From NCBI GenBank assembly GCA_054661495.1, contig BAAFSQ010000286.1, positions 1 through 12,748 on the forward strand: 12,748 nt of DNA, read 5' to 3'. Source of the DNA: Zygophlyctis sp. KS116 (Eukaryota; Fungi; Chytridiomycota). This document shows, one piece after another, positions 10,809 to 12,748 of this stretch; position 1 is the stretch's first letter; the number at the start of each line of letters is the position of its first letter. The notes beneath the pieces were generated by a model, which was not told the DNA's origin, did not search any database, and was given only the letters and a program-made list of their open reading frames with translations. Position numbers and translations under genes: made by a program.

Positions 10809-10838
10809 CGTGATTAAATTCCGAGCTCATTAATAAAA
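10804..10838 (+). promoter_or_regulatory. Combined 3' end of the F-BAR gene and putative promoter of DNAI2
   Basis: AATGACGT (10804-10811, containing the TGA stop), TTCCGA (10819-10824) and AATAAA (10832-10837), the last ending one base before the ATG at 10839. Confidence 0.4.
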
Positions 10839-12742
10839 ATGGAAATAGTTCATGTCTACCAGAAAAAGAGAAGAGAGTTTGGGAAGCAAGCCAACTTTCG
10901 AGATCGACTTGCTGAGCTCATCATGAACATTCCGTCCGAACCAAGTTTAGCCAAAAACTTTACAGAGAGAAATCCATCAAGCGTGGAAATTCAAAGGTAA
11001 TTTAAAACTATTGTAATGCTTTAGTACAGTTGATAAATCTGAGCATGATGTACTAAATTAGATTTAACGCGACAGGTAAATACTGATTCTATTTCCGTGG
11101 CAAATATTGGTATACTTCATACACAAGGAGGATGGCCGAAAGATGTAGATGTGACCGATGTTGAGCATACCATCCGTTACCGTAAAAAGATTGAAAAGGA
11201 TGAGGAATACGCCAGATCAGTAAAATCATTGGGCGAAGTATTCCAATTGATGTTTGTTAATTTTAGATTATGGAGCATTGCATTAAACAAAATAATGCTA
11301 TTGATATATATGAAGAATACTTTACTGAAGCGGCAGAAGCTGGAATAATTGAACCTCCGAATGCTAAATCATTAAATGTCTACAGGTAAGTATAGATTAA
11401 ATGTTTTCTCAAAATGTGAAATACATTTGAATTATCATAAAAACTAAATCAAGGGATCCGAATGAAATAAAAAGAGCGGCTTCTTCAATTTCTTGGTTTC
11501 CAGACTCTGGCCATAAGGTTGCTGTTGCATATTCAATAAAGGAATTTCAGAAAGGAGCACCTGGAATGAATTTGGAAAGTTATATCTGGGATGTCGAGAA
11601 TCCAAATGCTCCAGATCAAACTCTGATACCATCTTCGCCTCTTGTATGTTTAAAATATAATCCCAAAGACCCTCATGTCCTTGTTGGAGGTAGTTATTCT
11701 GGAAATTTGTGTAAAATACTTTAAATTAACAATAGCATTTTGGGATACTCGTAAAGGGAGCTATCCAGTGGACACTTCTCCCATTGAGAAATCACATCGT
11801 GATCCTGTCTACAATCTTAGTTGGGTACAATCCAAGTCTGGAACTGAATTTTTCAGTGTCAGTACTGATGGGCAGGTTTTATGGTGGGACACACGTAAAA
11901 TGAATGAACCAACTGAAACTTTACTAATAGATCCTGAAAAAAATGGAAATATTGTTGGTGGTACTGTCCTTGATTTTGAAACTACAATGGTAACTTATAA
12001 AGTCTAAGAAAAATAGCCAACAAAATTCATGATTGGTGCTGAAAATGGTTCAGTATTCCTTTGTAATAAAAAAGCAAAGAATCCATCAGAAAAAATAACT
12101 CATATTTTCCCTGGACATCATGGACCTGTATATGCTCTTCAAAGAAATCCATTCTTTGTAAAAAATTTCTTATCTGTAGGTGACTGGAAAGCTCAAATCT
12201 GGTCAGAAGATGTTCGATCACCCATAATGGGAACCAAATATTCTCAGTCATACCTTACTGATGGTTGTTGGTCTCCAACTCGTCCATCAGTCTTTTTCAC
12301 GTCTAAATTTGATGGTTCATTTGATGTCTGGGACTATATCTTTAAGCAGAATGATCCTACTTTGACTGTCCAAGTCACAAATTCTCCCATTCATTCTATT
12401 AAAGTCCAGGAACATGGAAAGTTAATAGCTGTTGGAGCTCAAGAAGGATCACTGACAATATTGGAACTATCTAATTCTCTGTCTAAAATTCAAAACAATG
12501 AAAAGGCTGTATTTTCCCTAATGTTAGAAAGAGAAGCCAAGCGAGAAAAAACTCTAGAAGGAATTGCGAGAGAAAAACGGCTAAAGGCTGCTCAAAAGCG
12601 CCCTCAATCAGGCGTGAATAAGATTCCAGAGGACACTCTTCGAGAACTATTAGATTCAGCCCGTGAAGATTTCCTGAATTCGATTGATGATGGATCTGGA
12701 AAAATGAGGGAAGAAGCATTGGACTTGCTATCAAATATTTAA
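10839..12742 (+). CDS. DNAI2: Axonemal outer-arm dynein intermediate chain 2 (IC2/IC69/ODA6 orthologue), WD40 protein, ~566 aa, 7 exons
   Basis: Exons 10839-10996, 11025-11049, 11076-11237, 11267-11385, 11454-11710, 11736-11989, 12017-12742 sum to 1701 nt. Diagnostic motifs: [109 protein letters not shown]. Confidence 0.96.
11025..11049 (+). other. 25-nt micro-exon of DNAI2 between 28- and 26-nt introns
   Basis: Encodes (S)TVDKSEHD, matching the conserved SEHE-like block of DNAI2, and is required to keep the frame. Confidence 0.8.
11386..11453 (+). other. Longest intron in the window (68 nt, DNAI2 intron 4)
   Basis: GTAAGT donor and ACTAAATCAAG branch/acceptor. Removal gives the conserved [11 protein letters not shown]. 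Confidence 0.85.
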
Positions 12743-12748
12743 AGATTG

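Noticed and set aside
1-10841. Spliced-leader trans-splicing acceptors before start codons (CAAG-ATG at 1-7) to resolve polycistrons
   Set aside because: The tandem downstream genes APC5 (TTTGC-ATG) and DNAI2 (TAAAA-ATG) have no AG just upstream of the ATG, so there is no consistent signal.
11386-11453. Intronic snoRNA
   Set aside because: No RTGATGA/CTGA box pair or H/ACA architecture, and it is too short once splice signals are excluded.
582-12016. Introner-like mobile introns
   Set aside because: The introns share length and AT-richness but no evident sequence similarity, terminal repeats or target-site duplications.
1-12748. Functional gene cluster (urease with accessory genes, or a flagellar operon)
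   Set aside because: No UreD/F/G or nickel transporter gene is present, and the neighbours have unrelated functions. Two ciliary genes close together can occur by chance.

Overview
This is AT-rich eukaryotic nuclear DNA in the standard genetic code, from an organism with motile flagella, most plausibly a zoosporic (chytrid-like) fungus; the taxon is inferred, not proven. The fragmented ORF track is explained by 34 hand-reconstructed GT-AG introns. Of these, 32 are about 24-34 nt (one has alternative acceptors giving 20/23/26 nt), and two are 52 and 68 nt. Six genes tile the window almost without gaps: fused single-chain urease (+), APC/C subunit 5 (+), HID1/Ecm30-family protein (-), TSNAXIP1-like coiled-coil/EF-hand-like protein (-), F-BAR/SH3 protein (+) and axonemal dynein intermediate chain DNAI2 (+). 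CDS-to-CDS gaps are 11, -17 (overlap), 139, 30 and 30 nt, so only about 210 nt are intergenic. No mobile element, CRISPR array or recognisable RNA gene was seen. The unusual biology is the genome architecture: miniature introns with degenerate donors and branch-point-measured acceptors, very small promoter/terminator gaps that share an AATGACGT motif ahead of the two flagellar genes, and overlapping convergent CDSs.
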